A stretch of 62,472 nt of DNA from Thermoanaerobaculia bacterium (GTDB lineage: Bacteria > Acidobacteriota > Thermoanaerobaculia > UBA5066 > Gp7-AA6), in contig JBGPCK010000003.1 of assembly GCA_041481715.1 (NCBI GenBank), positions 1 through 62,472 on the forward strand. The letters are read 5' to 3'. Below are positions 40,597 to 53,864 of this stretch, piece after piece. The position numbers were made by a program, and so were the translations under genes. Below the pieces are notes generated by a model, which saw only the letters and a list, made by a program, of their open reading frames with translations, searched no databases and was not told where the DNA came from. Numbering within the stretch: position 1 is the first letter of the stretch; every line of letters starts with the position of its first letter.

Positions 40597-41487
40597 GTGG
40601 ACGAAATCCTCGAGGTGCCGCTCGTCCTCGTCGGCCCAGGCCGCGCCGGCATGGCGCTGGCGCGCTCCTGGATCCGGGCGGGCGGGCGGCTGGCGGGCGT
40701 CGTCGGCCGGACGACGGAGTCCGCCGTCCGCGCCGCGCGCGAGCTCGGCACGACCGGACGCACGGCCGCTTCGATGTGGCCGGGTTGCGACCTGCTCGTT
40801 CTCGCCGTGCCGGACGATCGGATCGGATCGGTCGCCCAGGACCTCGCCGGACGAACGCGCTCTCGGCTCGCCTTCCATCTTTCGGGTGCCCTTCCCGCGG
40901 CCGTTCTGGCCCCGCTCGCCCAGGGCGGCGCGGCCGTCGCTTCCCTTCATCCCCTGAGGGCGTTCGCGGGCGATCCGGGGGACGACTGGCGTGACGCCCT
41001 GATCGCGATCGAAGGAGACGCGGAGGCGGTCCATGCGGGCGAGCGGATCGCGGCGGCGCTCGGAGGCACCGGGCATCGGATCCGAACCGAATCGAAGCCG
41101 CTTTACCATGCGGCGGCGACGCTGGCGGCCGGAGGCACGATGGCTCTGCTCTCCGTGGCGGTCCGGGCCGCAGTAGACGCCGGACTTCCGGAAGGGCAGG
41201 CACGCGCGGCCCTCGCCAGGCTGGCCTCCGAGGCGGCGTGCGCCACGGCCGAACGGCCTTTCCCGGAGGCCTTCACCGGACCCATCGCCCGGCGAGATGT
41301 CGAGACTGTGCGCGCGCACCGCGAGGCCTCGGCCGATCGTGCCGATTTCTTGGACCTGTACCGCCGCCTCGCGCGCGAGATCCTGGCGACGACCTCCGGA
41401 CGCGGAAAAGAAGAGGAGATCCGAGCGATTCTGGAAGATCCAGAGGATCCGAAGCCGCGCGCGGCACCACCGGAGCGAGGCCGTTGA
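40597..41487 (+). CDS. Rossmann-fold NAD(P)-binding protein, DUF2520-like
   Basis: 296-aa ORF with a GTG start and N-terminal LVGPGRAGMALA (GxGxxG/A). The C-terminal half resembles DUF2520 (TGPIARRD). Confidence 0.65.
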   Translation: MDEILEVPLVLVGPGRAGMALARSWIRAGGRLAGVVGRTTESAVRAARELGTTGRTAASMWPGCDLLVLAVPDDRIGSVAQDLAGRTRSRLAFHLSGALPAAVLAPLAQGGAAVASLHPLRAFAGDPGDDWRDALIAIEGDAEAVHAGERIAAALGGTGHRIRTESKPLYHAAATLAAGGTMALLSVAVRAAVDAGLPEGQARAALARLASEAACATAERPFPEAFTGPIARRDVETVRAHREASADRADFLDLYRRLAREILATTSGRGKEEEIRAILEDPEDPKPRAAPPERGR

Positions 41488-41559
41488 TAGGGTCGGCGCC
41501 CCATCCCGGTGCTACAATCTCAGGCGTTTTCCTCCGTCTCGAGGGCGCATAATCACGTC

Positions 41560-42906
41560 ATGGTCTTCTTCAACTACGCCACCATGCAGATGGCGGCCAA
41601 GATCGTCTATTACGGTCCTGGTCTTTGCGGGAAGACGACCAACCTGCACCACATCTATGGGCGAACCGCGCCGGGTTCCCGGGGAGAGATGGTCTCGCTG
41701 GAGACCGAGACGGACCGGACGCTCTTTTTCGACTTGCTCCCGCTCGACGTGGGGGTCATCGGCGGCTTCAAGACCCGAGTCCAGCTGTACACGGTTCCGG
41801 GCCAGGTCTTCTACAACACGACACGCAAGCTCGTCCTGAAGGGGGTGGACGGCATCGTCTTCGTCGCAGACTCGCAGCGAGCCATGAAGGATGCCAACAT
41901 CGAGAGCTATCAGAACCTGCGCTCGAACCTGGCCGAGATCGGCGTCAAGCTCGAAGAGCTGCCGCTCGTCTTTCAGTACAACAAGCGAGACCTCGCCAAC
42001 ATCCTCGCCCTCGACGAGCTCGAGGACACGCTGAACCCCGGCCGAACCTACGAGGGCTACGAGGCCTGCGCCGTACTCGGTCAGGGTGTCTTCGAGACCC
42101 TCAAGGCCATCTCACGACTGACCCTGCGGTCGCTCAAGAAGCGAATGCTCGGCGAGGAGCGGCCGGCCCGCCCGGCGATGATCGCCACAGTGGCGGAAAA
42201 GCCGGCGCCCTGGGCCCCACCCGAGCCCGCGGCGCCGGCGATCCCCGATATCCTCGAAGAGCTGCGGACGACCGCCGCCCGCGCGCCGCAACCGCCCGCC
42301 CCGCCGCCCGAGGAGGAGGTCCTGTCGTTCGACGAAGAAGACAGGGAACCGGAGGTTCCCATTCCCGCCGCGGCGCCGCGGGAGACCGTCGGATTCGACG
42401 TGGCCTCGGTCGAGACGGTCCAGGAGTTCGAAGACGCGTTGAACTCGCTCGACTCCCCTCTGCCCGAGACGGAGCGCGTGGCCGAGGAGCCCGAGATCGC
42501 CGACGTATCCTTCGCGGAGGCGCCCGAGCCGGTTTCCGTGGAAGAGGTGAAGCACGTCCGCGTCCGCTCGAACATCGACATTCTCGCGGAGCTCGAAAAG
42601 CTCCGAAAGGACGCGACCGCGACACCCGTTACCGAACGGCCGGCCAAACGCCAGGCCCCAGGCATCTCGATCGACGATCTGCTCGCGTCGAGCCTGAACC
42701 ACCGCAAGGAAATCAGCCGGATTTTCGAGCTCCAGGTGCCCAAGAGCGAGCTTTCCGGCGGACACCAGGTCACCGTCGGACTGCGCATCGAGGATCGCGA
42801 CCACAATCCGGTCGGCGAAGAAAAAGTCTTCGCGATCGAGCTACACACCCGGCCCGACCTCGAGAAGCTCTTGCTCTCGCTCAAGTTCCACATCTTTACC
42901 AAGTAG
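41560..42906 (+). CDS. MglA-family Ras-like GTPase with long C-terminal extension
   Basis: The ATG at 41560 gives MVFFNYATMQMAAKIVYYGPGLCGKTTNL. It has TVPGQVFY and NKRD motifs that are near-colinear with Myxococcus MglA over about 195 aa. About 250 further aa follow: a P/E/A-rich linker and then a ~90-aa C-terminal module. Confidence 0.85.
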   Translation: MVFFNYATMQMAAKIVYYGPGLCGKTTNLHHIYGRTAPGSRGEMVSLETETDRTLFFDLLPLDVGVIGGFKTRVQLYTVPGQVFYNTTRKLVLKGVDGIVFVADSQRAMKDANIESYQNLRSNLAEIGVKLEELPLVFQYNKRDLANILALDELEDTLNPGRTYEGYEACAVLGQGVFETLKAISRLTLRSLKKRMLGEERPARPAMIATVAEKPAPWAPPEPAAPAIPDILEELRTTAARAPQPPAPPPEEEVLSFDEEDREPEVPIPAAAPRETVGFDVASVETVQEFEDALNSLDSPLPETERVAEEPEIADVSFAEAPEPVSVEEVKHVRVRSNIDILAELEKLRKDATATPVTERPAKRQAPGISIDDLLASSLNHRKEISRIFELQVPKSELSGGHQVTVGLRIEDRDHNPVGEEKVFAIELHTRPDLEKLLLSLKFHIFTK

Positions 42907-42994
42907 CCGCGCGGGCTTCTGTCCTCATCTTGGGACACGGGATCCTGAAAAAGCCTTTGCATTAGCCCGAAAACCGGGTTTACCCTTTTTCCCA

Positions 42995-44611
42995 ATGATC
43001 AATCGAGAACCTCGTCGGAGGGGGGGAGACTGTTTGTTTTTTGGACTCTCCCTTCTCCTGGCCGGCTGTGCGACCGCGCCGGTGGCACAGCCCAAGGTAT
43101 CGGCGCCACCGTCGCCCGAGCAGACCGCCATCCGGCAGGCCGGCGAGGAGTTCTCCGCCGGGCGGGAAGCCGCGCTCTCGGGCGACTTCGCTTGCGCGCA
43201 CGACCAGTTCGACCGCGCTGTCCAGACGCTCTCCCCGGAAGGCTCCCGGTCCGCTCCCTCGCCGGAGCTGCTCGCCTTTTCCCTCGAGGTCTACGAAGGG
43301 ATCCTCCGGTATGAGGCGCTCGCAGCCCCTCCCGAAGACAGCGCATCGGTTGAAGGAGGGATCGCCCCGGAGCTCTCCCCGATCGAGGCGCCGGCTGCCA
43401 GCGCCGAGGCGATCTCGACCGCGCGGGATGCCGTTGCTTCTGATGTGTCGGGCGAGACCTACGACATCCCGATCGTCGTCAATGATGCCGTTTTGAAGGT
43501 CCTCGCGACGTTCCAGGGCGAGCTGCACGAGATCATCGCGCGGGGGCTCGCCCGATCCGGGCGCTATGTGCCGATGATCCATCGCATCTTCCAGGAGGAG
43601 GGGATCCCGACGGACCTCGCTCAGGTCGCCCTGATCGAGTCTTCCTTCCTCCCGCGCGCCCGCTCGCCCCGGGCCGCCCACGGCATCTGGCAGTTCATGC
43701 CCCGTACGGGGCGCCAGTACGGCCTGACCGCCAACGCCGTCGTGGACGAGCGCAGCGACCCCGAGAAGGCCACGCGGGCCGCGGCAAAGCACCTGACGTA
43801 CCTTCACGAGCTGTTCCATGACTGGTACCTCGCGCTCGCGGCCTACAACGCGGGGGAAGGAAAGGTGCTGCGGGCCCAGGAGCGAACCGGGTTGAACGAT
43901 TTCTGGCAGCTCGCCGCCTCGGGCACGCTGCGCGCGCAGACGCAGAACTACGTGCCCGCGGTGATCGCGGCCACGCTGATCGCCAAGAACCCGAAGCACT
44001 ACGGCTTCGACGTCGAATACGAGTCCCCGCTCAAGTACGAAACAATCAAGCTTGACCGGCCGGTCCGGCTGCGCGACCTCGCCCTGACAGAGGGAATTTC
44101 CCTCGAGGACCTCGAGCGGCTCAACACGGAGTTGAAGACCAGTGTCACCCCGCGACAGCCCGAAGGGTACGACCTGAAGGTCCCGATCGGGTCGCGGGAG
44201 GTCGTGCTCCTCGCGTTCGCGGCGGCGCCCACCGCGAGGCTGACCGCGCCGCGCCGGCACTCCGTACGACGCGGAGAGACGCTCGGATCGGTCGCGCGCC
44301 GTTACCACGTCTCGGTCGCAAGCCTCGCCGCCGCCAACAAGCTTCTTCCGACGGCGAAAGTGAGCCGGGGCGAAGTGCTCTCGATTCCGAGCCGCGAGAC
44401 GGTCAAGGTCGCGGCGAAGAGCCCGAAGGAAAGGGCGGCGCCCGCGCCTGCGGAGCGCAGCTACCGGGTCAAGGGAGGCGACACGCTCTACGGGATCGCC
44501 CGGCGGACTGGGACGACCGTCGACTCTCTCATGGCCGCCAATAGCCTCGACTCCCCGGAGCAGATCAAGCCGGGAGACAGGCTCAAGATCCCGGCGGCGC
44601 TGCCCCGTTGA
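42995..44611 (+). CDS. Lipoprotein lytic transglycosylase with two LysM domains (MltD-like)
   Basis: It has the lipobox LLLAGC, an SLT motif (ESSFLPRARSPRAAHGIWQFM, AAYNAGEGKV) and two C-terminal LysM repeats (GETLGSVARRY.., GDTLYGIARRT..). Confidence 0.85.
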   Translation: MINREPRRRGGDCLFFGLSLLLAGCATAPVAQPKVSAPPSPEQTAIRQAGEEFSAGREAALSGDFACAHDQFDRAVQTLSPEGSRSAPSPELLAFSLEVYEGILRYEALAAPPEDSASVEGGIAPELSPIEAPAASAEAISTARDAVASDVSGETYDIPIVVNDAVLKVLATFQGELHEIIARGLARSGRYVPMIHRIFQEEGIPTDLAQVALIESSFLPRARSPRAAHGIWQFMPRTGRQYGLTANAVVDERSDPEKATRAAAKHLTYLHELFHDWYLALAAYNAGEGKVLRAQERTGLNDFWQLAASGTLRAQTQNYVPAVIAATLIAKNPKHYGFDVEYESPLKYETIKLDRPVRLRDLALTEGISLEDLERLNTELKTSVTPRQPEGYDLKVPIGSREVVLLAFAAAPTARLTAPRRHSVRRGETLGSVARRYHVSVASLAAANKLLPTAKVSRGEVLSIPSRETVKVAAKSPKERAAPAPAERSYRVKGGDTLYGIARRTGTTVDSLMAANSLDSPEQIKPGDRLKIPAALPR

Positions 44612-44718
44612 CCCGCGGGCGACCAGGCTCGCCCAACTTGAATCGTTGAACGTTAGGCCTTAGACTCCGTTCGTCCTCATCCCCCGCGGGCGTTACTCCT
44701 CGCACCCGAGGAGGCCCC

Positions 44719-46275
44719 ATGCTGGCCCGCGTCCACTCCGCAGCCCTGAACGGTATCGATGCCCGCGTTCTCGAGGTCGAGGTCGACGTCGGCAACGGCC
44801 TCCCCTCCTTCACGATCGTGGGTCTGCCCGACGCCAGCGTGAAGGAGGCGCGGGAGCGAGTCCGCTCGGCACTGAAGAACAGCGGATTCCCCTTCCCCGT
44901 CGGCTCGATCACGGTCAATCTCGCCCCCGCGGAGTGGCGCAAGGTGGGCGCCGCTCTCGACCTCCCCGTGGCCGCCGCGCTGCTCTCGATCGGCGGCCTG
45001 AAGCCCCGCGATCGGCGAAAGCGAATGTTCATCGGGGAGCTCGGCCTCTCCGGGCAAGTGCGTCCCGTGCGGGGAGCCCTCTCGCTCGCTCTGGCCGCCA
45101 AGGAGGCGGGATTTGAAGAGCTAATCCTTCCGGCCGAGAACTCTTCCGAGGCGGCCGCGGTCGAGGAGCTCGCGGTCGTGCCGGTCCACTCGATCTCGGA
45201 GGTCGTGGCCTATCTATCCGGAGCGAAATCGATCGCGCCCGGCACTCCTGCTCTTGCCGGCCAACCGGACTCGACCGGCGGCGGCGTCGATTTCGCCGAC
45301 GTGCGGGGCCAGGCAGTCGCGCGTCGCGCGCTCGAGATCGCGGCTGCGGGGGGCCACCACGCCCTGCTGGTTGGGCCGCCCGGCGCCGGAAAGACGATGC
45401 TGGCTCGGCGACTCTCGACCATCCTGCCGCCGCTCTGCCGGTCGGAAGCCATCGAGGTCACGAAGGTCTGGTCCGCCGCGGGAAGACTCCCCGCCGGAGC
45501 GGGACTTCTCTCGACACCGCCGTTTCGCGCTCCGCACCACGGAATCTCGGCCCCCGGGCTGGTCGGCGGGGGCACCCACCCGGGGCCCGGGGAGATCTCG
45601 TTCGCCCACCGCGGCGTCCTTTTCCTCGATGAGTTGCCCGAGTTTCGCCGCGACGTGCTCGAGGCGATCCGGCAGCCCCTCGAGGAGCGTCGGATCGCCT
45701 TGGTTCGGGTGGGGGGCGCGTGTGTCTTTCCCTGCGACTTTCTCCTCGTCGCCGCGATGAACCCGTGCCCCTGCGGCCACGCGGGGGATCCGACGCGCTC
45801 CTGCGTGTGCGACGAGCTGCTCAAGCGCCGCTACACGCGCAAGGTTTCCGGGCCCCTGCTCGACCGGGTCGACCTGCACGTCACGGTCCCCGCCGTGCCA
45901 TGGCGCGAGCTCTCCCACTGTGCGGACCCGGAGCCCTCCGCCGCCATCCGCGAACGCGTCCTGCGGGTGCGGCGGCAGGCCGCCCTGCGGGCCCCGGGGG
46001 TCCCGGCCTTCCGCAATGCGGACCTGCCGATCTCGGAGCTCGAGCGCATCGCGGCGCTCGACCTGCCGGCCCGGCGGCTGCTCGAGAGGGCCGTCTCGCG
46101 GCTGCCGCTCTCGGTGCGGGGCCTCCACCGAGCCTTGCGCGTAGGCCGCACAATCGCCGACCTCGAGGGCAGCGAGAGGGTCGGCGCGACCCACCTGGCC
46201 GAGGCGATCTCCTATCGCCCTCGGACAATGACTGGCCTTGTGGGCAGGCTTGACAGGTTCCCGCCCGCTCCATAG
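44719..46275 (+). CDS. YifB/ComM-family Mg-chelatase-like AAA+ ATPase
   Basis: 518-aa ORF with the Lon-protease-like N-terminus (GLPSFTIVGLPD), Walker A GPPGAGKTM, Walker B FLDELPEF and a Cys cluster CPCG...C.C. Confidence 0.92.
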   Translation: MLARVHSAALNGIDARVLEVEVDVGNGLPSFTIVGLPDASVKEARERVRSALKNSGFPFPVGSITVNLAPAEWRKVGAALDLPVAAALLSIGGLKPRDRRKRMFIGELGLSGQVRPVRGALSLALAAKEAGFEELILPAENSSEAAAVEELAVVPVHSISEVVAYLSGAKSIAPGTPALAGQPDSTGGGVDFADVRGQAVARRALEIAAAGGHHALLVGPPGAGKTMLARRLSTILPPLCRSEAIEVTKVWSAAGRLPAGAGLLSTPPFRAPHHGISAPGLVGGGTHPGPGEISFAHRGVLFLDELPEFRRDVLEAIRQPLEERRIALVRVGGACVFPCDFLLVAAMNPCPCGHAGDPTRSCVCDELLKRRYTRKVSGPLLDRVDLHVTVPAVPWRELSHCADPEPSAAIRERVLRVRRQAALRAPGVPAFRNADLPISELERIAALDLPARRLLERAVSRLPLSVRGLHRALRVGRTIADLEGSERVGATHLAEAISYRPRTMTGLVGRLDRFPPAP

Positions 46276-46381
46276 GATGCCCAAGCACTCCGATCGGAAC
46301 ATGCCATTTGTGCGGGGTGACAGGGACGGCCCTGTGGCGTACGGCGACAGGTATGCCTGGGCCCCCGGTGAGGAGAAACGG

Positions 46382-47224
46382 ATGACGCGGTACAGCACGA
46401 TCATCTTCGTTCCCCACGCCCAAGCCCGATTCCGGAAAATCACCGTGTCCACTCGCCTCCTGGCTTCCGTTGGCGCCGCAGCGTTTGCGCTCGTTGTTTG
46501 CGCCGTCGCATTCGGCTGGGCCTACCTTTCGACGGCGCGGCAAGACCGGCAGTACCGGGAAACGATCGCCGAGAACACCCGTCTGAGGTCTTCCGCCCGC
46601 ACCCTGGAGCAGCGCCTGGCGGGACTTTCTCGACAGATCGATCAGTTCGAGGACCGCACGAGACGTCTTGCCATCGTCGCGGGCTTGCCGCGCGAGGCTG
46701 CCGGGCTCGGCGGCCCGTTCGAGACGACCGATCGCCCCGGTCCGATGTCGCCCGAGCGCCAAACGGCGATCGCCGCGCGCCTGGACGCCCTGGAAGGTCA
46801 GCTCGCCCGCCGCGAGGCGCTCACCTCCTCGACCCCGACCGTCGCGCCCGTGCGGGGCCTGCTGAACTCCGGCTTCGGTTCCCGCTCCGACCCCTTCACC
46901 GGCTCCCCCGCCTTCCATACCGGCCTCGACATCTCGACGCGCTGGCGCGAACCGGTCCTCGCGACGGCCGCGGGGACCGTGGTCCGCAGCGGATGGTCCG
47001 GCGACTACGGCAACGTCGTGGAGATCGATCATCCCGCGGGATACCGCACCGTCTACGGCCACCTCGACCTCATCCTCGCCCGAGAGGGACAGAGCGTGAA
47101 GCGGGGGGATCGGATCGGCCTGGTGGGCTCCACGGGTCGATCGACCGGACCGCACCTGCATTACGAGATCCGCCTGGCCGACCGCGCCGTGAATCCGCTC
47201 GACTACATTCTCGACGCGCGCTGA
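46382..47224 (+). CDS. M23-family peptidoglycan endopeptidase
   Basis: The ATG at 46382 follows AGGAG. It has a TM anchor and coiled region, then HTGLDI...GNVVEIDH...GSTGRSTGPHLHYE. Confidence 0.85.
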   Translation: MTRYSTIIFVPHAQARFRKITVSTRLLASVGAAAFALVVCAVAFGWAYLSTARQDRQYRETIAENTRLRSSARTLEQRLAGLSRQIDQFEDRTRRLAIVAGLPREAAGLGGPFETTDRPGPMSPERQTAIAARLDALEGQLARREALTSSTPTVAPVRGLLNSGFGSRSDPFTGSPAFHTGLDISTRWREPVLATAAGTVVRSGWSGDYGNVVEIDHPAGYRTVYGHLDLILAREGQSVKRGDRIGLVGSTGRSTGPHLHYEIRLADRAVNPLDYILDAR

Positions 47225-47261
47225 CGCGCCCGCGTCAGACCGGAGACCGGCTCGGCTTCCT

Positions 47262-47304
47262 GGTTCACGCCCCAGGGTTCACGGTTCACGCCTCACGCCT
47301 CAGG
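47262..47304. repeat. 7-nt-period tandem repeat (GGTTCACG..GGGTTCACG GTTCACG CCTCACG CCTCAGG)
   Basis: This is the longest array of the GTTCACG-like heptad family. It lies between the M23 peptidase gene and secA and is preceded by the palindrome CTGACGCG-CC-CGCGTCAG (47221-47238). Confidence 0.55.
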
Positions 47305-47383
47305 GCTGACGAGCCGCCGCGCCCCGGCGTCCAAAGCCAAAAATGTGAATAATTAGCCGGGGAAGGCTGTTTACGGCCCAAAT

Positions 47384-51675
<4,292 letters not shown>

Positions 51676-51685
51676 GGGAATCGGG

Positions 51686-53056
51686 TCAGTTCTTTCCCTC
51701 TTCCTTTTCCCACTTCTCCCGCCGTTTCTTCATGATCACCTCGAGCCGGCGGGCGAGCTCCGCCTCCTCTCCCGACGAGCGCGGCCGATAGTACCGGCGC
51801 CCGGAGAGCGACTCGGGCAGGCACTCGATGCCGCCCACCCCCTCCGCCTCGGCGTGGGCGTATCGGTAGCCGAGGCCGTAACCCACCTCCTTCATCAGAC
51901 GGGTGACCGCGTTGCGAATCACCGGAGGGACCGGCTCCGCCGGCTTCTCGGCGACATCGGTCTTCGCCTCGATCTCCGCTTCGTAAAGAGCGTTCGACTT
52001 GGGCGCGAGCGCGCAATAGACGGCCGCTTGCGCCAGAGCGAGCGATCCCTCGGGAAGGCCCAGGAAGTCGAAGGCCTCCTTTGCGTCGAGCGCGACGGAA
52101 AGGGCCCGCGGGTCGGCGAGCCCCACGTCCTCCGACGCGAAGCGCACGATCCTCCGCGCGATGTAGAGCGGATCTTCTCCGGCCTCGAGCATCCGAACGA
52201 GCCAGTACACCGTTGCGTCCGGGTCCGACTCCCGCATCGACTTGTGAAGCGCCGAGATCAGGTTGTAGTGCTCCTCCCCCGCCTTGTCGTACAGGAGCAC
52301 TTTTCGTTGCAGCAGCTCCCGCAGGCGCGAGACCTCGATCCGCTTCGTCTTCCCGGCTTCGGCGTCCGCGGCGGCCGCCTCGAGCAGGTTGAGCGCCCGC
52401 CGAGCGTCGCCCCCGGCGGTCTGGGAGATGAAAGAGAGAGCATCGTCGTCGAGGCGGAAGTCCCTCGCCCCGAGACCCCGGGAAAGGTCCTGCAGCGCCC
52501 GCCGCACGATCCGCGCAATGGCCTCGGGCTTGAGCGGCTCGAGCACGACGACCTTGCAGCGCGACAGAAGAGCGCCGTTCAGCTCGAAGGACGGATTCTC
52601 CGTCGTCGCCCCGATGAGCACGACGTCGCCGGACTCCATGTACGGCAGGAAGACGTCCTGCTGCGAGCGGTTGAACCGGTGGATCTCGTCGAGAAACAGG
52701 ATCGTGCGCTTGCCCGCGCGGCCACGCTGCCGCTTGGCGCCCTCGAGCACTTCGCGCATCTCCTTCACCCCGGTCGCGACGGCCGAATAGGAGACGAACG
52801 CCGATGCCGTCTGGGCAGCGATGAGCCGGGCGAGGGTCGTCTTGCCGACGCCCGGAGGGCCCCAAAGGACGAGCGAAGGGACCCGGTCCTCCGCGATGGC
52901 GCGTCGCAAGAACCCGTTTCCCCCCACGACCTCCTCGGGCCCTTCGACCTCGTCGAGCGAGCGCGGCCGCATCCGGTCGGCCAGCGGAGAGTCGGGCGCC
53001 GGCGCTGCCCCGTCGGCGGGTCGCCCGGCCCGGCCCAGATCGAACAGGTCTGTCAT
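51686..53056 (-). CDS. rarA: Replication-associated recombination protein A (MgsA/RarA AAA+ ATPase)
   Basis: 456-aa ORF with GPPGVGKTT, FLDEIHRFN and the MgsA C-terminal domain (DVISAL-like NLISALHKS). Confidence 0.93.
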   Translation of the reverse strand: MTDLFDLGRAGRPADGAAPAPDSPLADRMRPRSLDEVEGPEEVVGGNGFLRRAIAEDRVPSLVLWGPPGVGKTTLARLIAAQTASAFVSYSAVATGVKEMREVLEGAKRQRGRAGKRTILFLDEIHRFNRSQQDVFLPYMESGDVVLIGATTENPSFELNGALLSRCKVVVLEPLKPEAIARIVRRALQDLSRGLGARDFRLDDDALSFISQTAGGDARRALNLLEAAAADAEAGKTKRIEVSRLRELLQRKVLLYDKAGEEHYNLISALHKSMRESDPDATVYWLVRMLEAGEDPLYIARRIVRFASEDVGLADPRALSVALDAKEAFDFLGLPEGSLALAQAAVYCALAPKSNALYEAEIEAKTDVAEKPAEPVPPVIRNAVTRLMKEVGYGLGYRYAHAEAEGVGGIECLPESLSGRRYYRPRSSGEEAELARRLEVIMKKRREKWEKEEGKN

Positions 53057-53307
53057 CCGGCTTCGAGTCTCCGCCGGCAGCCCTCAGAGCACACTTCGAC
53101 CGCGGTCGCGCCGCGCCGTCCCGTGACCGCGAGGCGCCGGTCGAACCAGGCGCCGCAGACGGGGTCACGCGCCATCTCTCCGACCTTCGGCGGCGAGCGA
53201 CGCGCGGCAGCCAGCCCTGCCAGCCATCGATTCACGAGCAGACGCAAGGCACGCAGGAGCAGGAGCCCGAGAAAGACCAGGACCAGAACAACAACCAATC
53301 GAATCAC
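53053..53307 (-). CDS. Small membrane-anchored protein with C-terminal Cys-rich (TRASH/YHS-like) motif
   Basis: 84-aa ORF with an N-terminal hydrophobic helix and then DPVCG...CSEGC. Its stop overlaps the rarA start (ATGA). Confidence 0.55.
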   Translation of the reverse strand: MIRLVVVLVLVFLGLLLLRALRLLVNRWLAGLAAARRSPPKVGEMARDPVCGAWFDRRLAVTGRRGATAVEVCSEGCRRRLEAG

Positions 53308-53310
53308 GAG

Positions 53311-53832
53311 TCAAGCTCTCGGTTGGATATCGCCGATTTGTTTCTGTACCCGGTCGAGGTTCGGCATGTCGGGGTAGCGCCGCTTCAATTCTTCGAAGGA
53401 ACGCCGCGCCGCCGCGCCATCGCGCAGGTCGAACGCGTAGACGAGCACGAGGTTCAGCAGCGACTGCCAATGATCCGGGTCGGCCGCGCGCGCCTTGGTG
53501 AAGAGCGCAACCGCCCGCCGAAACTCGCCGCGATTCCGGTACGCGGCGCCCAGATCGGACAGCACGTTCGGGTCGCCCGAAGCCTTGCGAAGCGCCTTCT
53601 CGTACGCCCCGATGGCGTGGCTCCAGTCCTCGCGGTCGTAGTAGAGGTTGCCCAGGGCCGTCCAGAGGCGCGGGTTCTCGGGATCTCGCTCGAGCGAGTG
53701 CGAGAGCGCCGCGATCCGGTCTCCGCTCTCCGGGCCGGCCGTCGAAGATTCGCCGGCCCCCGCGGGTCGGCCGCCGCCGGCGGCGAAGTACCCGCCGATG
53801 AACCCGAGCAAGGCGCCGACCGCGAGCGGCAC
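53311..53832 (-). CDS. Membrane-anchored TPR protein
   Basis: 173-aa ORF with a GTG start, an N-terminal G-rich TM segment and about 3 TPR repeats (ALGNLYYDREDWSHAIGAYEKAL...). Confidence 0.65.
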   Translation of the reverse strand: MPLAVGALLGFIGGYFAAGGGRPAGAGESSTAGPESGDRIAALSHSLERDPENPRLWTALGNLYYDREDWSHAIGAYEKALRKASGDPNVLSDLGAAYRNRGEFRRAVALFTKARAADPDHWQSLLNLVLVYAFDLRDGAAARRSFEELKRRYPDMPNLDRVQKQIGDIQPRA

Positions 53833-53864
53833 GAGCGCCGCGCGACGTGATCCGAAGGAGCCCG

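Noticed and set aside
45214-47161. Long minus-strand ORFs (412 aa, 426 aa) opposite comM/yifB and the M23 peptidase
   Set aside because: They are antisense to strongly supported genes and have no recognisable motifs.
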